DNA from: Thermoanaerobaculia bacterium
GTDB taxonomy: Bacteria > Acidobacteriota > Thermoanaerobaculia > Multivoradales > UBA5704
Length of the DNA stretch: 64,000 bases
Reading direction: 5' to 3'
Assembly (NCBI GenBank): GCA_035996875.1
Contig: DASYJD010000013.1
Coordinates: 114-64,113, forward strand
The notes beneath the pieces are model-generated. The model was not told where the DNA came from and made no database searches. It saw only the letters and a program-made list of their open reading frames with translations. Shown here one piece after another: positions 9,254 to 18,229 of this stretch; position 1 is the first letter of the stretch; the number at the start of each line of letters is the position of its first letter. A program made the position numbers and the translations under genes.

Positions 9254-9664
9254 CTACCGGCTGTCCCCGGCGTTTTTCTCTTTCTTGGCCTTGCCGGATT
9301 TCGAGCTCTTTCCTTTGCCCTTGCCGGAGCGGCTGCTGCTCACCTTCTCCTTGAGCGTCGTCTCGCCCGAGGTGGCGAGGTAAGGCTTGATGAGCTGAAA
9401 GGTCTTTTCGCCGATCCCCTGCACCAACATCAGGTCCTCGGGTTTCTTGAAAGGACCGTTGTCCTTGCGGTAGTCGACAATGCGGTCGGCGACGCTGGGC
9501 CCCACCCGCGGCAGCATGGAGAGCTGGGAGGAGTCGGCGCTGTTGATGTTGACCCTCTTGGTCACCTCCTTCGGAGCCTCCGGCTTGGCCTGAGCCCGCC
9601 CGGGAGCGGGGATGCAGAGGAGCGCGATGACGAGTCCGGCGACGGTGCGGTAGACGTGCTTCAT
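9254..9664 (-). CDS. comEA: ComEA family helix-hairpin-helix DNA-binding competence protein
   Basis: Signal peptide plus C-terminal HhH motif (VNINSADSSQLSMLPRVGPSVADRIVDYRKDNGPFKKPEDLMLVQGIGEKTFQLIKPY). Confidence 0.8.
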   Translation of the reverse strand: MKHVYRTVAGLVIALLCIPAPGRAQAKPEAPKEVTKRVNINSADSSQLSMLPRVGPSVADRIVDYRKDNGPFKKPEDLMLVQGIGEKTFQLIKPYLATSGETTLKEKVSSSRSGKGKGKSSKSGKAKKEKNAGDSR

Positions 9665-10040
9665 GGTTTTGTTTCCTTTCGTTGATTCCGGCGTTGGATT
9701 TGAAAAACTTCGACAGGTCCTGCGTTTCCCTTTCCGTGTTGTGGCTTGGCCGTCTCTCTCGTCGCCACCTCCTCTCCGTGGTTGACGCGGAGGGGATAGT
9801 TCACGGGGCCTGCCAGCAGCCTTTAGCCAGCAAGCCTTTGAAAATAAACGGCTTGCTGGAGATCAAAAAAGAGGGGAAGGCAGGGGATACGGCGACTGCA
9901 TAGGCTCTGCTCGGACGCAGGGCCTGGCAAAGACAGGCGGAACGGGCGTTCCAAAGGGAAGTTAGGGGCCTGTCAGAGGATTACGGCAGCGAGCGCGATC
10001 TTTTGCGGGCCGGGCCGCTCTCAAGTACAGTAGCCTCACC

Positions 10041-10712
10041 ATGGCAGGAGAACGATCGATCTGGCGGGAGTACGCGGAGGCGCTGATCATCGCCGCGGTA
10101 TTCCTGGCGTTCACCAACACCTTCGTCGTCCAGACCTTCTACATCCCGAGCGGCTCGATGGAGGACACGCTCCTCATCGGCGACCACCTCTTCGTCAACC
10201 GCTTCATCTACGGGCCCGCGACCTTCGAAATCGGAAAGAAGCTGCTCCCCCTGCGCACCGTGCGCCGGGGAGACATCGTCGTCTTCCGGTCGCCCCAGGA
10301 CCCTTCGAAGGATCTGGTGAAACGTGCCGTGGGGGTGGGCGGCGACACGATCCAGCTCATCAACCAGAAGCTCTACGTCAACGACAAAGAGGCCGGCGAC
10401 GCGAGCTTCGCCCTCCACAAGGACCCCAACGGCTTCAACCCGCAACGGGATACCTACGGGCCCTACCTCGTGCCTTCCGGCCACGTCTTCTGCATGGGCG
10501 ACAACCGCGACAACTCCTACGATTCGCGGTTCTGGGGACCGTTGCCCGTCCACCTGCTCAAGGGGCGTGCGCTGCTCGTCTACTGGTCCTACGGCGGCAC
10601 GACCGCGGCCGGCCCCCAGAGCGCGAGAGAGAAAGCCGCGGACCTGTTGGAAACGGCGCTGGGCTTCTTCTCCAAGACCCGCTGGGCGAGGACGTTGCAC
10701 CTGATCCGGTAG
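10041..10712 (+). CDS. lepB: signal peptidase I (paralog 1 of 3 tandem)
   Basis: TM anchor then IPSGSMEDTLLIGDH (catalytic Ser box) and GDNRDNSYDSRFWG (box E). Confidence 0.9.
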   Translation: MAGERSIWREYAEALIIAAVFLAFTNTFVVQTFYIPSGSMEDTLLIGDHLFVNRFIYGPATFEIGKKLLPLRTVRRGDIVVFRSPQDPSKDLVKRAVGVGGDTIQLINQKLYVNDKEAGDASFALHKDPNGFNPQRDTYGPYLVPSGHVFCMGDNRDNSYDSRFWGPLPVHLLKGRALLVYWSYGGTTAAGPQSAREKAADLLETALGFFSKTRWARTLHLIR

Positions 10713-10772
10713 CGGAGCTCGAGCCGCCGTTCTTTGCAGGGCCGGGGCGCTTTCGGGTACAGTAACCGCGCC

Positions 10773-11456
10773 ATGGCGGAAGAACGATCGATCTGGCGGG
10801 AGTACACCGAGGCGTTGATCATCGCCGCCGTTTTCCTGTGGTTCACCAATACCTTCGTCGTCCAGACCTTCTACATCCCGAGCGGCTCGATGGAGGACAC
10901 GCTCCTCATCGGCGATCACCTCTTCGTCAACCGCTTCATCTACGGACCCGCGGCCTTCGAGCTGGGAAAAAAGCTGCTCCCTCTGCGCGCCGCGCAGCGC
11001 GGTGACATCGTCGTCTTCCGGTCGCCGGAGAACCCGCAGCTCGATCTCGTGAAGCGCGCCGTGGGCGTGGCCGGCGACAAGATCCAGGTCATCGACCAGA
11101 AGCTCTACATCAACGACAAGGCGGTCAACGACGCGAGCTACGCTCTGCACAAGGGAACCCCCGCGCCGGCGGGCAGCTTCATCACCCAGCGGGACAACTT
11201 CGGGCCCTACATCGTGCCGGCCGGCCACTACTTCTGCATGGGCGACAACCGCGACAACTCCTACGACTCGCGGTTCTGGGGCCCGCTGCCCGGTCACCTG
11301 CTCAAAGGGCGCGCCCTCTTCATCTATTGGTCCTACGGGGGCAAGACCGCGGCCGGTCCCCAGAGCCCCAGGGAGAAAGCTGCGGACCTGGCGGAAACAG
11401 CGCTGGGCTTCTTCTCCAAGACCCGCTGGGCGAGGACGTTCCGTCTGATCCGGTAA
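10773..11456 (+). CDS. lepB: signal peptidase I (paralog 2 of 3 tandem)
   Basis: Near-duplicate of paralog 1, including ~20 bp of leader sequence. Has the IPSGSMEDTLLIGDH and GDNRDNSYDSRFWG motifs. Confidence 0.9.
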   Translation: MAEERSIWREYTEALIIAAVFLWFTNTFVVQTFYIPSGSMEDTLLIGDHLFVNRFIYGPAAFELGKKLLPLRAAQRGDIVVFRSPENPQLDLVKRAVGVAGDKIQVIDQKLYINDKAVNDASYALHKGTPAPAGSFITQRDNFGPYIVPAGHYFCMGDNRDNSYDSRFWGPLPGHLLKGRALFIYWSYGGKTAAGPQSPREKAADLAETALGFFSKTRWARTFRLIR

Positions 11457-11479
11457 TCGGCCGGCTTACCGCCGTACCC

Positions 11480-12175
11480 ATGCACGAGAAATCGCTGCTC
11501 CGGGAATACCTGGAGGCCCTGCTGATCGCGGTCATCTTCGCGACCTTCGCCCGCACCTGGGTGGTCCAGGCGTTCAAGATCCCCTCGGGCTCGATGGAGA
11601 AGAACCTGCTGATCGGCGACCACATCCTGGTCAACAAGTTCATCTACGGGCCGACGATCTCCCCTCTGGAGGAGAAGCTCCTGCCGGTGCGCAAGGTGCG
11701 GCGGGGCGACGTCGTCGTGTTCAAGTTCCCCGACGACCCTACCCGCGACTTCATCAAGCGCTGCATGGGGCTGCCGGGCGACACCATGAAAATGATCGAC
11801 AAGGACCTGTTCATCAACGGCCGTCACGTCGACGACTCGAAGTACACCTGGTACGCCGACACGCAGTCCTACCCCCGCGAGCTCTACTTTCACCCCAAGC
11901 GGATGCGCGACAACTTCGGTCCCAAGACGGTGCCGCCGGCCAGCTACTTCTGCATGGGCGACAACCGCGACAACTCGAACGACTCTCGATATTGGGGAAC
12001 GGTGCCGGAGAGCTACCTCAAGGGACGGGCCTTCATGATCTATTGGTCGGTCGAAAACGATCCCGATATGGGGGAGTCGCCGGGCTCCGGGGTGCAGTTG
12101 CGGCAGTTGGGCCGCCTGGCCCTTCACTTCTTCTCTTTCACCCGGTGGGACAGAACCTTCCACGTCGTACGTTAA
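11480..12175 (+). CDS. lepB: signal peptidase I (paralog 3 of 3 tandem, more divergent)
   Basis: IPSGSMEKNLLIGDH and GDNRDNSNDSRYWG motifs. Start MHEKSLLREYLEALLIAVIF. Confidence 0.9.
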   Translation: MHEKSLLREYLEALLIAVIFATFARTWVVQAFKIPSGSMEKNLLIGDHILVNKFIYGPTISPLEEKLLPVRKVRRGDVVVFKFPDDPTRDFIKRCMGLPGDTMKMIDKDLFINGRHVDDSKYTWYADTQSYPRELYFHPKRMRDNFGPKTVPPASYFCMGDNRDNSNDSRYWGTVPESYLKGRAFMIYWSVENDPDMGESPGSGVQLRQLGRLALHFFSFTRWDRTFHVVR

Positions 12176-12208
12176 ACTACCCGCAACAGTCCAAGAAGGA
12201 GGGGAGCC

Positions 12209-12580
12209 ATGCTGCGACGGAGGTCCGAACGGGGCGAGGGAAATCTGGGGTGCATCCTCTGGGTGGTCGCACTCGGCCTAGTCGCCCTGATCGCCTGGAA
12301 AGCCATACCGGTCAAGATCCAGAGCAGCGAGCTGTACGACTACATGGACGAGCTCGCGAAGTTCAACTCGGCCCGCACGCCGCCCGAGGAGCTGACCAAA
12401 ATGATCATGGATCGGGCCCATGGGCTCGGGATTCCGATCGAGAAGGGCGACATCAAGGTCGAGCACAACGGCGACAGGATCTTCATGGAGGTCGACTACA
12501 CGGTCCCCCTGGACATCCTCGGGATGGTTTACCGTTGGCACTTCCATCAGAAGCTGGACCGACCGATCTTTATCGTCTGA
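12209..12580 (+). CDS. small membrane-anchored hypothetical protein
   Basis: AAGGAGGGGAGCC RBS before ATG. Single N-terminal TM (ILWVVALGLVALIAW) and a soluble C-terminal domain. Confidence 0.45.
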   Translation: MLRRRSERGEGNLGCILWVVALGLVALIAWKAIPVKIQSSELYDYMDELAKFNSARTPPEELTKMIMDRAHGLGIPIEKGDIKVEHNGDRIFMEVDYTVPLDILGMVYRWHFHQKLDRPIFIV

Positions 12581-12627
12581 CGCGGCGGCAGCTCGCGATC
12601 CTCGGGAGCGGCTTCGCTCCCGGGGCG

Positions 12628-14304
12628 TTGGCGGGCGTCCACCTCGCCGGCCTCATCTTCTTCCTCAACCCCGGGCTCCCCTTCGCGGTGGGCTCGGTGC
12701 TGCGCGGCGTGGCGATCTACGGCACGCTGTTGGGCTTGGTGAGCCTCGCGCTTCACTTCCCTTTCACCCGTCACCATCCGCGCCGCGCCCTGCGGGCGCT
12801 CCCCTGGGGTCTCAGCGCCGCGCTGAGCCTCGCCGCCCTCCTCGACTGGACGCATGCCTCCTATTACGCCTACTACCTGCCGCCGGGCATCAACGACCGC
12901 CTGATCAAAGCGGCGCTCTGGCTCTCGCTGGGGGCGCTCATCGCCTTCTATACGGCCCTGTTGCATTCGCTCCACCGGCGGCGCTACGGCCGGCGCAGCC
13001 GCTGGGGGCTGACGCTGGTCGCGCTGCTCTCGGTCTACGCCATGGTGGAGCGGCGGGAAGCGTTCCATCCCAGGCCGGCCCCGGCGCCCCGCCCGGCGGC
13101 GGTGGAGACCGGCCAGAGGCCGCGGCTGTGGGTGATCGGCGTCGACTCGGCGACGCTCGACGCCATCCTCCCCCTCGCCGGCCAGGGGCGGCTGCCGTTC
13201 CTCGCCTCGGTGTTGCAGAACGGCGCCTATGGGCGCCTCGAATCGCTGTCGCCGGTCCGCCGCGACGCGCTGTGGACGACACTCGCCACCGGCAAGTACC
13301 CGTTCAAGCACGGGGTCACCGGCCAGCGCCCCTATCCGGCCGGGTTCCTCGTTCCCGGTGGAAGGCTGCGGCTGCTGCCCACAGGCCTCTCCTTCCGCCG
13401 CTGGGGCACTCTTGGAGAGGGCCCGTTGCCGGCGCCGGCCCACCCCCGCCAGACTCTGGCGCTGTGGGAGATCCTGCCGCGTCTGGGCGTGCCGGCGGGA
13501 GTCGTCGGCTGGCCGGCGGCCGAGCCCGGCGACGGCGAGGCCGCCTTCGCCTTGGCGGACCGCTTCTTTCAGCCTGTTCCCGAGGCCGGAAGCGCCTGGC
13601 CGGCCGACCTCTCCAACCGCGGCCTGCTGTTTCGCCCCAACGCACGGGACCTCGAAGCCTCACTGCGCGGCCGCTTCGGTCCGCGCCCGCCCCGCAGTCT
13701 CCTCGAATCGCTCGCCGGGGACACCTGGCGGCAGACGTTGGCCCTCGCTCTGGCCGATCAATCGCCGCAGGTGGAGGCGGTCTTCCTCGTTCTCCCCGGG
13801 CTGCGCGAAGCCTCGCTCGAGAACTTCGGCGGTTTCAGCCGGGTGATGTTCGACGGCTCCAAGGGGAGCGCGGCGCGGGCCGCCACGGACCGTGTGGCCA
13901 CGTACTACGCCCAGCTCGACGCCTTCCTGAGCGAGGTCTGGGCTCGCGGGGAGGGAAGGCCGCGCCTCCTCGCCGTGGTCTCGGCCTACGGCGCGAGCCC
14001 CAGAGGAGGGTGGCCCCGGCTCTGGCAGGGAGTCGCGCCCGAGGCGGCGCTGGGGGGAAGCTTCGCGGACGCGCCCGACGGCGTGTTGCTGCTCTACGGC
14101 GAGGGCGTCCTGCCGGGGGCGCTCGTGACCGGCGCCCAGCTCGAGGACCTCGCGCCCACCCTGCTCTACGGTCTCGGCTTCCCAGTGGCCCGGGACTTCG
14201 ACGGCCAAGTGCTCACCTCGGTCTTCGAAAAGAAGTTCCTGGCCAGGCACCCGTTGACGTTTTTTCCCTCGTATGAGGGGCTGGCGAGGGCGGGGAAGCC
14301 TTAA
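12628..14304 (+). CDS. polytopic membrane protein with C-terminal alkaline-phosphatase-superfamily (type I phosphodiesterase/sulfatase-like) domain
   Basis: Several N-terminal TM helices, then LWVIGVDSATLDAIL...GKYPFKHG, typical of AlkP-family metal-binding cores. Start codon uncertain; TTG at 12628 is the first in-frame candidate after the upstream gene. Confidence 0.5.
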   Translation: MAGVHLAGLIFFLNPGLPFAVGSVLRGVAIYGTLLGLVSLALHFPFTRHHPRRALRALPWGLSAALSLAALLDWTHASYYAYYLPPGINDRLIKAALWLSLGALIAFYTALLHSLHRRRYGRRSRWGLTLVALLSVYAMVERREAFHPRPAPAPRPAAVETGQRPRLWVIGVDSATLDAILPLAGQGRLPFLASVLQNGAYGRLESLSPVRRDALWTTLATGKYPFKHGVTGQRPYPAGFLVPGGRLRLLPTGLSFRRWGTLGEGPLPAPAHPRQTLALWEILPRLGVPAGVVGWPAAEPGDGEAAFALADRFFQPVPEAGSAWPADLSNRGLLFRPNARDLEASLRGRFGPRPPRSLLESLAGDTWRQTLALALADQSPQVEAVFLVLPGLREASLENFGGFSRVMFDGSKGSAARAATDRVATYYAQLDAFLSEVWARGEGRPRLLAVVSAYGASPRGGWPRLWQGVAPEAALGGSFADAPDGVLLLYGEGVLPGALVTGAQLEDLAPTLLYGLGFPVARDFDGQVLTSVFEKKFLARHPLTFFPSYEGLARAGKP

Positions 14305-14377
14305 AAGGACCTACACGGAACAGGACCCCGTGTTCGTCCGTGCCAGTCCGTGTTTGTCCGTGTAAGTCCTTTATTTC

Positions 14378-14770
14378 CTATGCTTTCTGTGCCACCAGCT
14401 TCGGCCCCGGCGAGGCCTTGCCGCCGTCGCGATTCATCGAGCAGGTGCCTTCGAAGATGGCACCGTCCTCGATCACCAGGGCGGGCGTGTCGACCTCGGC
14501 AAAGAGCCTTCCCTGGGGAGCGATCTGCACCTTGCGGCTGGCCCGGATAGAGCCGCGAACGGTACCGGAGATGAAGATCTGCCCCACCTTGATCTCGCCG
14601 TCGACTTCGCCGGTCTCGCCCACGATCAGATCGCCGTCGGACTCCACCGTTCCCGTGAGCTTGCCGTCGACGCGGAAGGAGGCGTCGAAGCGAAGCTCGC
14701 CGTGGAGATGGCTGCCCTTGTCGAGAAAGCCGTTGAGGTCGGCGTGCTTGCCCTCCGTTTTGAAGATCAT
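14378..14770 (-). CDS. bactofilin (DUF583 cytoskeletal polymer)
   Basis: 130-aa beta-helical repeat protein (GTVESDGDLIVGETGEVDGEIKVGQIFISGTVRGSI). Start overlaps the parB stop by 4 nt. Confidence 0.85.
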   Translation of the reverse strand: MIFKTEGKHADLNGFLDKGSHLHGELRFDASFRVDGKLTGTVESDGDLIVGETGEVDGEIKVGQIFISGTVRGSIRASRKVQIAPQGRLFAEVDTPALVIEDGAIFEGTCSMNRDGGKASPGPKLVAQKA

Positions 14771-15654
14771 CGATTGTCTCCACGCTCGGTCAGGACATCG
14801 TAAAGCCGCATGAGCTCCTCTTCCGAATGGAAGTGGATCCGCACGAATCCCCCTTTGCCCTGGCGCTTGATCTCCACCCGGGTCTGGAGGCGGCGGGTGA
14901 GCTTCTCCTCCGCGGCGACGGTATGGACCTCGGCCGGACGGTCCGCTTTCTGCTTCGTTTTCGCCGGTTCTTTGGCAGCGGCGGTCAGCCGCTCGAGATC
15001 GCGGGCGGAGAGCCCCTCCCGCACCGCGCGCTCGGCGAGGAGGATCTGCTCGTCGGCATTCTCCAGACCCAACAGGGGACGGGCCTGGCCGGCGGTGAGC
15101 TGCCCCTCGCGCAGCAGCTCCCGCACCTCCTCCGGCAGGCGCAGGAGGCGCAGTGCGTTGGTGACCGTGGTGCGGGCCTTGCCCACCCGGGTGGCCACGG
15201 CTTCCTGGGAAAGGCCGAACTTATCCTGAAGGGCGGCGTAGGCTTCCGCCTCTTCTAGCGGATTCAGGTCGCTGCGCTGAAGGTTTTCCACCAGCGCCAG
15301 CTCCAGCAGCTCGCGGTCGTCCGCCACCTCGCGCACCACCACCGGCACACTCTCCAGCCCGGCCTTGCGGGCCGCCCGCCAGCGGCGCTCGCCCGCGATG
15401 ATTGCCCAGCCTTCCCCCTCGGGAGTGACGACGAGGGGTTGCACGATTCCCTGCGCGCGGATGGAGTCCGCCAGCTCCTCGATTGCCGCATCGGCGAAGT
15501 GGGTGCGTGGCTGGAAGCGGTTCGGTCGCAGGCTGTCGATGGGCAGGGTGCGAATCCCCTCCGGCGGCTTTTCAGGGACGGTTTCGAGCAGGGAATCGAG
15601 GCCGCGGCCCAGACCCCGCTTCTTTGGGGAAGGGGAAGTTGTATTGGGATTCAA
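14767..15654 (-). CDS. parB: chromosome partitioning protein ParB (Spo0J)
   Basis: ParB box GERRWRAA and HTH region. 295 aa. Confidence 0.9.
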   Translation of the reverse strand: MNPNTTSPSPKKRGLGRGLDSLLETVPEKPPEGIRTLPIDSLRPNRFQPRTHFADAAIEELADSIRAQGIVQPLVVTPEGEGWAIIAGERRWRAARKAGLESVPVVVREVADDRELLELALVENLQRSDLNPLEEAEAYAALQDKFGLSQEAVATRVGKARTTVTNALRLLRLPEEVRELLREGQLTAGQARPLLGLENADEQILLAERAVREGLSARDLERLTAAAKEPAKTKQKADRPAEVHTVAAEEKLTRRLQTRVEIKRQGKGGFVRIHFHSEEELMRLYDVLTERGDNR

Positions 15655-16403
15655 GCCGCCCTCCGCAGAAGCTCGCGGGCCACGGCCAGGTAGGCTTCGG
15701 CGCCCCGCGATTTGATGTCGTACTGGAAAATCGGCAGGCCATGGCTCGGCGCCTCGGCCAGGCGGATGTTGCGCGGCACCACCGTCTCGAACACCTTGCC
15801 GGCGAAGTGGGAGCGGATGTCCTCGGCCACGTCCTTCGACAGGTTGGTGCGGTCGTCATACATGGTCAGCAGGATGCCGGCGATGACGAGGCGGGGGTTC
15901 AGGCTGCCCTGCACCCGGCGGACCGTCGTCATCAGCTCGCTGATCCCTTCGAGCGCGAAGTACTCGCACTGCAGGGGAACGAGAACGCCGTCCGCCGCCG
16001 TCAAAGCGCTCACCGTCAGATGTCCAAGGGAGGGAGGGCAGTCGATGAGGATGGTGTCGTAGCGGTCCGCCACCGTCGCGAGGATTCCCTTGAGGCGCCC
16101 CTCCCAGCCGGACTCGCCCACGAACTCCACTTCGATACCCACCAGGTCGCGTTGCGAAGGAACGAGGTCGAGGTTGGGAAAGCCGGAGGGGCGGATCGCC
16201 TCCGCCAGCTGCACCTCGCCGGTCAAGGCGTTGTAGAGGTGCGGCGGGGAAGCCTTGCCGCCCAAGCCGCGGGTGGCATTGCCCTGAGGATCGCAGTCCA
16301 CCAGCAGGACGCGGCGCTCCAAGGCGCCGAGCCCGGCACCGAGGTTGATAGCGGTGGTGGTCTTGCCGACTCCACCCTTCTGATTCGCAATGGCGAGGAT
16401 CAT
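15651..16403 (-). CDS. parA: chromosome partitioning ATPase ParA (Soj)
   Basis: MILAIANQKGGVGKTTTAINL deviant Walker A. The 5' extension of the track ORF was rejected. Confidence 0.9.
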   Translation of the reverse strand: MILAIANQKGGVGKTTTAINLGAGLGALERRVLLVDCDPQGNATRGLGGKASPPHLYNALTGEVQLAEAIRPSGFPNLDLVPSQRDLVGIEVEFVGESGWEGRLKGILATVADRYDTILIDCPPSLGHLTVSALTAADGVLVPLQCEYFALEGISELMTTVRRVQGSLNPRLVIAGILLTMYDDRTNLSKDVAEDIRSHFAGKVFETVVPRNIRLAEAPSHGLPIFQYDIKSRGAEAYLAVARELLRRAA

Positions 16404-16426
16404 GGTCTTTTCGGCTTTCACGGCTC

Positions 16427-17062
16427 TCAAACTTGACGCAGGACCAGAATGCGCCGCCTTTCGCTGCCCGCCAGCTTGACGTCGCCACAGGTCACGAGGT
16501 CCGGCGGCAGACCGGGGTCCTGCTCGCCCACCCAGAGGATGATGCGCCCCCCGTCTCCCAGGCGCCGCGAGAGAGCCCCCCATACATCTGAATCGAGGCG
16601 CAAGGCTCGCGAGGTGATCACGTCGAGGCTCTCGGGCAGGCCGGACGGCAACGGAAGCCGCACTCTAACATTGAGGCATCGGCAGGACAAAGAGGCCCGG
16701 CGCGCGGCGGAGAGAAGGAACGCCCACTTCCGCTCCCGGGCCTCAACCAGGGTCATTTCCAGCTCCGGCCGCGCGGCGGCCAGCACCAGCCCGGGAAACC
16801 CCGCGCCTGATCCTAAATCCAGCCCCGTCTTCGCCCCAGCCGGCAGGAGAGGCAGCGCCGCCAGCGATTCGCCGAAGTGGCGGGCCAGGATTTCCCCGGC
16901 AGTGCCCGGCCCGATCAAGTTGAGCCGCTCGTTCCAGCGCCCCAACTCCTGGTAGTAGGCGTAGAGAGAATCCAACCCCTCAGAGCCCAGAGGCTCAGGG
17001 GAAAAGGGAGCCAGCTCGGAGGCGAAGTCGGCGCGTGAGAGGCGGGGGAGGGGAAAGGGCAT
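16427..17062 (-). CDS. rsmG: 16S rRNA (guanine527-N7)-methyltransferase RsmG (GidB)
   Basis: GidB family SAM-binding motif LDLGSGAGFPGLVLA. Conserved position upstream of parAB. Confidence 0.85.
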   Translation of the reverse strand: MPFPLPRLSRADFASELAPFSPEPLGSEGLDSLYAYYQELGRWNERLNLIGPGTAGEILARHFGESLAALPLLPAGAKTGLDLGSGAGFPGLVLAAARPELEMTLVEARERKWAFLLSAARRASLSCRCLNVRVRLPLPSGLPESLDVITSRALRLDSDVWGALSRRLGDGGRIILWVGEQDPGLPPDLVTCGDVKLAGSERRRILVLRQV

Positions 17063-17138
17063 ATCGGGGACGTTTCACGTGAAACGTAGGCACGCGGACA
17101 GCGGGGACGTTCCACGTGGAACGTCCCCTTTGGAATCT

Positions 17139-18194
17139 CTACGCCGGCCGAACCATGACCCGTTTGAAGTACCCATCGCCCTCGCTCTCGGTGGCGACGC
17201 CGGGGTCGTCCGCGAGGGTGACGTGGATGATCCTGCGGTCGCCGGGGTTCATGGGCTCCAGAATGCGGGGCTTGCCCTGCCGGCGAACCTCTTCCGCGAC
17301 CTTCTGAGCCAGACTGCGCAGCCGCTCCTCGCGGATCTCGTGGAAGTTGTCGCAATCCACTCGCACCGGCACGGGCTCGCCGGACAGGCTGCGGATCATC
17401 CGCGGCAGCAGGTGCTCCACCGCCTGGATCATCTCGCCGTCGTCCGCGAAACACCAATCCACGTCCTCGCCGGAGAGATCGACTTCCAGCCGCTCTTCAC
17501 CCTGGAAGACCTGGGCCTTCAAGTCCAAGCCCGCGATGCGCAGGAGAAGCTCGATGGACTTCGCCGCGGCGTCAGCGGCTGGACCCACGGCCACGGGGTA
17601 GCGGTCGGAGATTCCCCGCGGCTTCTCCGGCAGGGTCACCAATCCCTCGCCGGAACCACCTTCCAGGCGAAAGGGCTCGATGCCCGAGGACGGGCGGTCC
17701 CCGGTCCGGGGCGGACGGCGATCGTCGTCCCGGTGCCGAGGCCGATCATGGCGCTCGCCGCGATCCCCACGGCCGCCGCCGCGAGGCCCACGATCCGGGC
17801 CGCCACGGGAGCCACGGTCAGGACCACGGCCTTCAGGGCGCGCCATCGGAGCGCGCGGGGGGCGGTCTGCCTCCGGCCGGGCGGCGGCGGGAGAGTAGGC
17901 AGGGGGGGGTTCCGCCGCCGGGTGGGGAGCCGTGGGCTCCCGCAGCATGTACCCGGAGGGCGGCGCGGGGGGAGTCGCCCGGACCGTCGCCGGAGCGCTC
18001 ACCGGCGACTCCCGCTTCGGATTGTCGGGGTCGACCTCGATGACCACCTTGCGGCGAGTCTTGAGGAACCCGTGCCGCTTTTCGATGCTCTTGTAAGCCA
18101 CCCAGTCCGGGTCGAGGTTGAAGTAGTTGGCAGCCTGAATGATGGCCTGCTGCAGGCTGTCGCCCGAAAAGAACCGTCGTGTCGCGTCGTTCAT
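17139..18194 (-). CDS. jag: Jag/KhpB RNA-binding protein (Jag_N, KH and R3H domains) with long RG/Pro-rich linker
   Basis: N-terminal Jag_N (MNDATRRFFSGDSLQQAIIQAANYFNLD) and C-terminal R3H region (RILEPMNPGDRRIIHVTLADDPGVATESEGDGYFKRVMV). Lies downstream of yidC. Confidence 0.8.
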   Translation of the reverse strand: MNDATRRFFSGDSLQQAIIQAANYFNLDPDWVAYKSIEKRHGFLKTRRKVVIEVDPDNPKRESPVSAPATVRATPPAPPSGYMLREPTAPHPAAEPPPAYSPAAARPEADRPPRAPMARPEGRGPDRGSRGGPDRGPRGGGRGDRGERHDRPRHRDDDRRPPRTGDRPSSGIEPFRLEGGSGEGLVTLPEKPRGISDRYPVAVGPAADAAAKSIELLLRIAGLDLKAQVFQGEERLEVDLSGEDVDWCFADDGEMIQAVEHLLPRMIRSLSGEPVPVRVDCDNFHEIREERLRSLAQKVAEEVRRQGKPRILEPMNPGDRRIIHVTLADDPGVATESEGDGYFKRVMVRPA

Positions 18195-18229
18195 AGGAAT
18201 CGTCTCTGGGTCCTCCGCTCCAGGCCCCG

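Noticed and set aside
9981-11297. 438-aa minus-strand ORF antisense to lepB paralogs 1 and 2
   Set aside because: Antisense to two genes with unmistakable signal peptidase motifs. Composition is low-complexity (V/D/E/R/G-rich).
12420-14276. 618-aa plus-strand ORF overlapping the membrane/AlkP-like gene
   Set aside because: Off-frame Arg/Pro/Gly-rich product. The 12628..14304 frame has coherent TM helices and a phosphatase-like core.
17636-18194. Possibility that the Jag linker region (RG/Pro-rich, 17.6-17.9 kb) is a separate gene or a frameshift
   Set aside because: The frame is continuous from the Jag_N domain through the linker to the KH/R3H domains. Low-complexity linkers of this kind are plausible in Jag. 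No stop or frameshift is needed.
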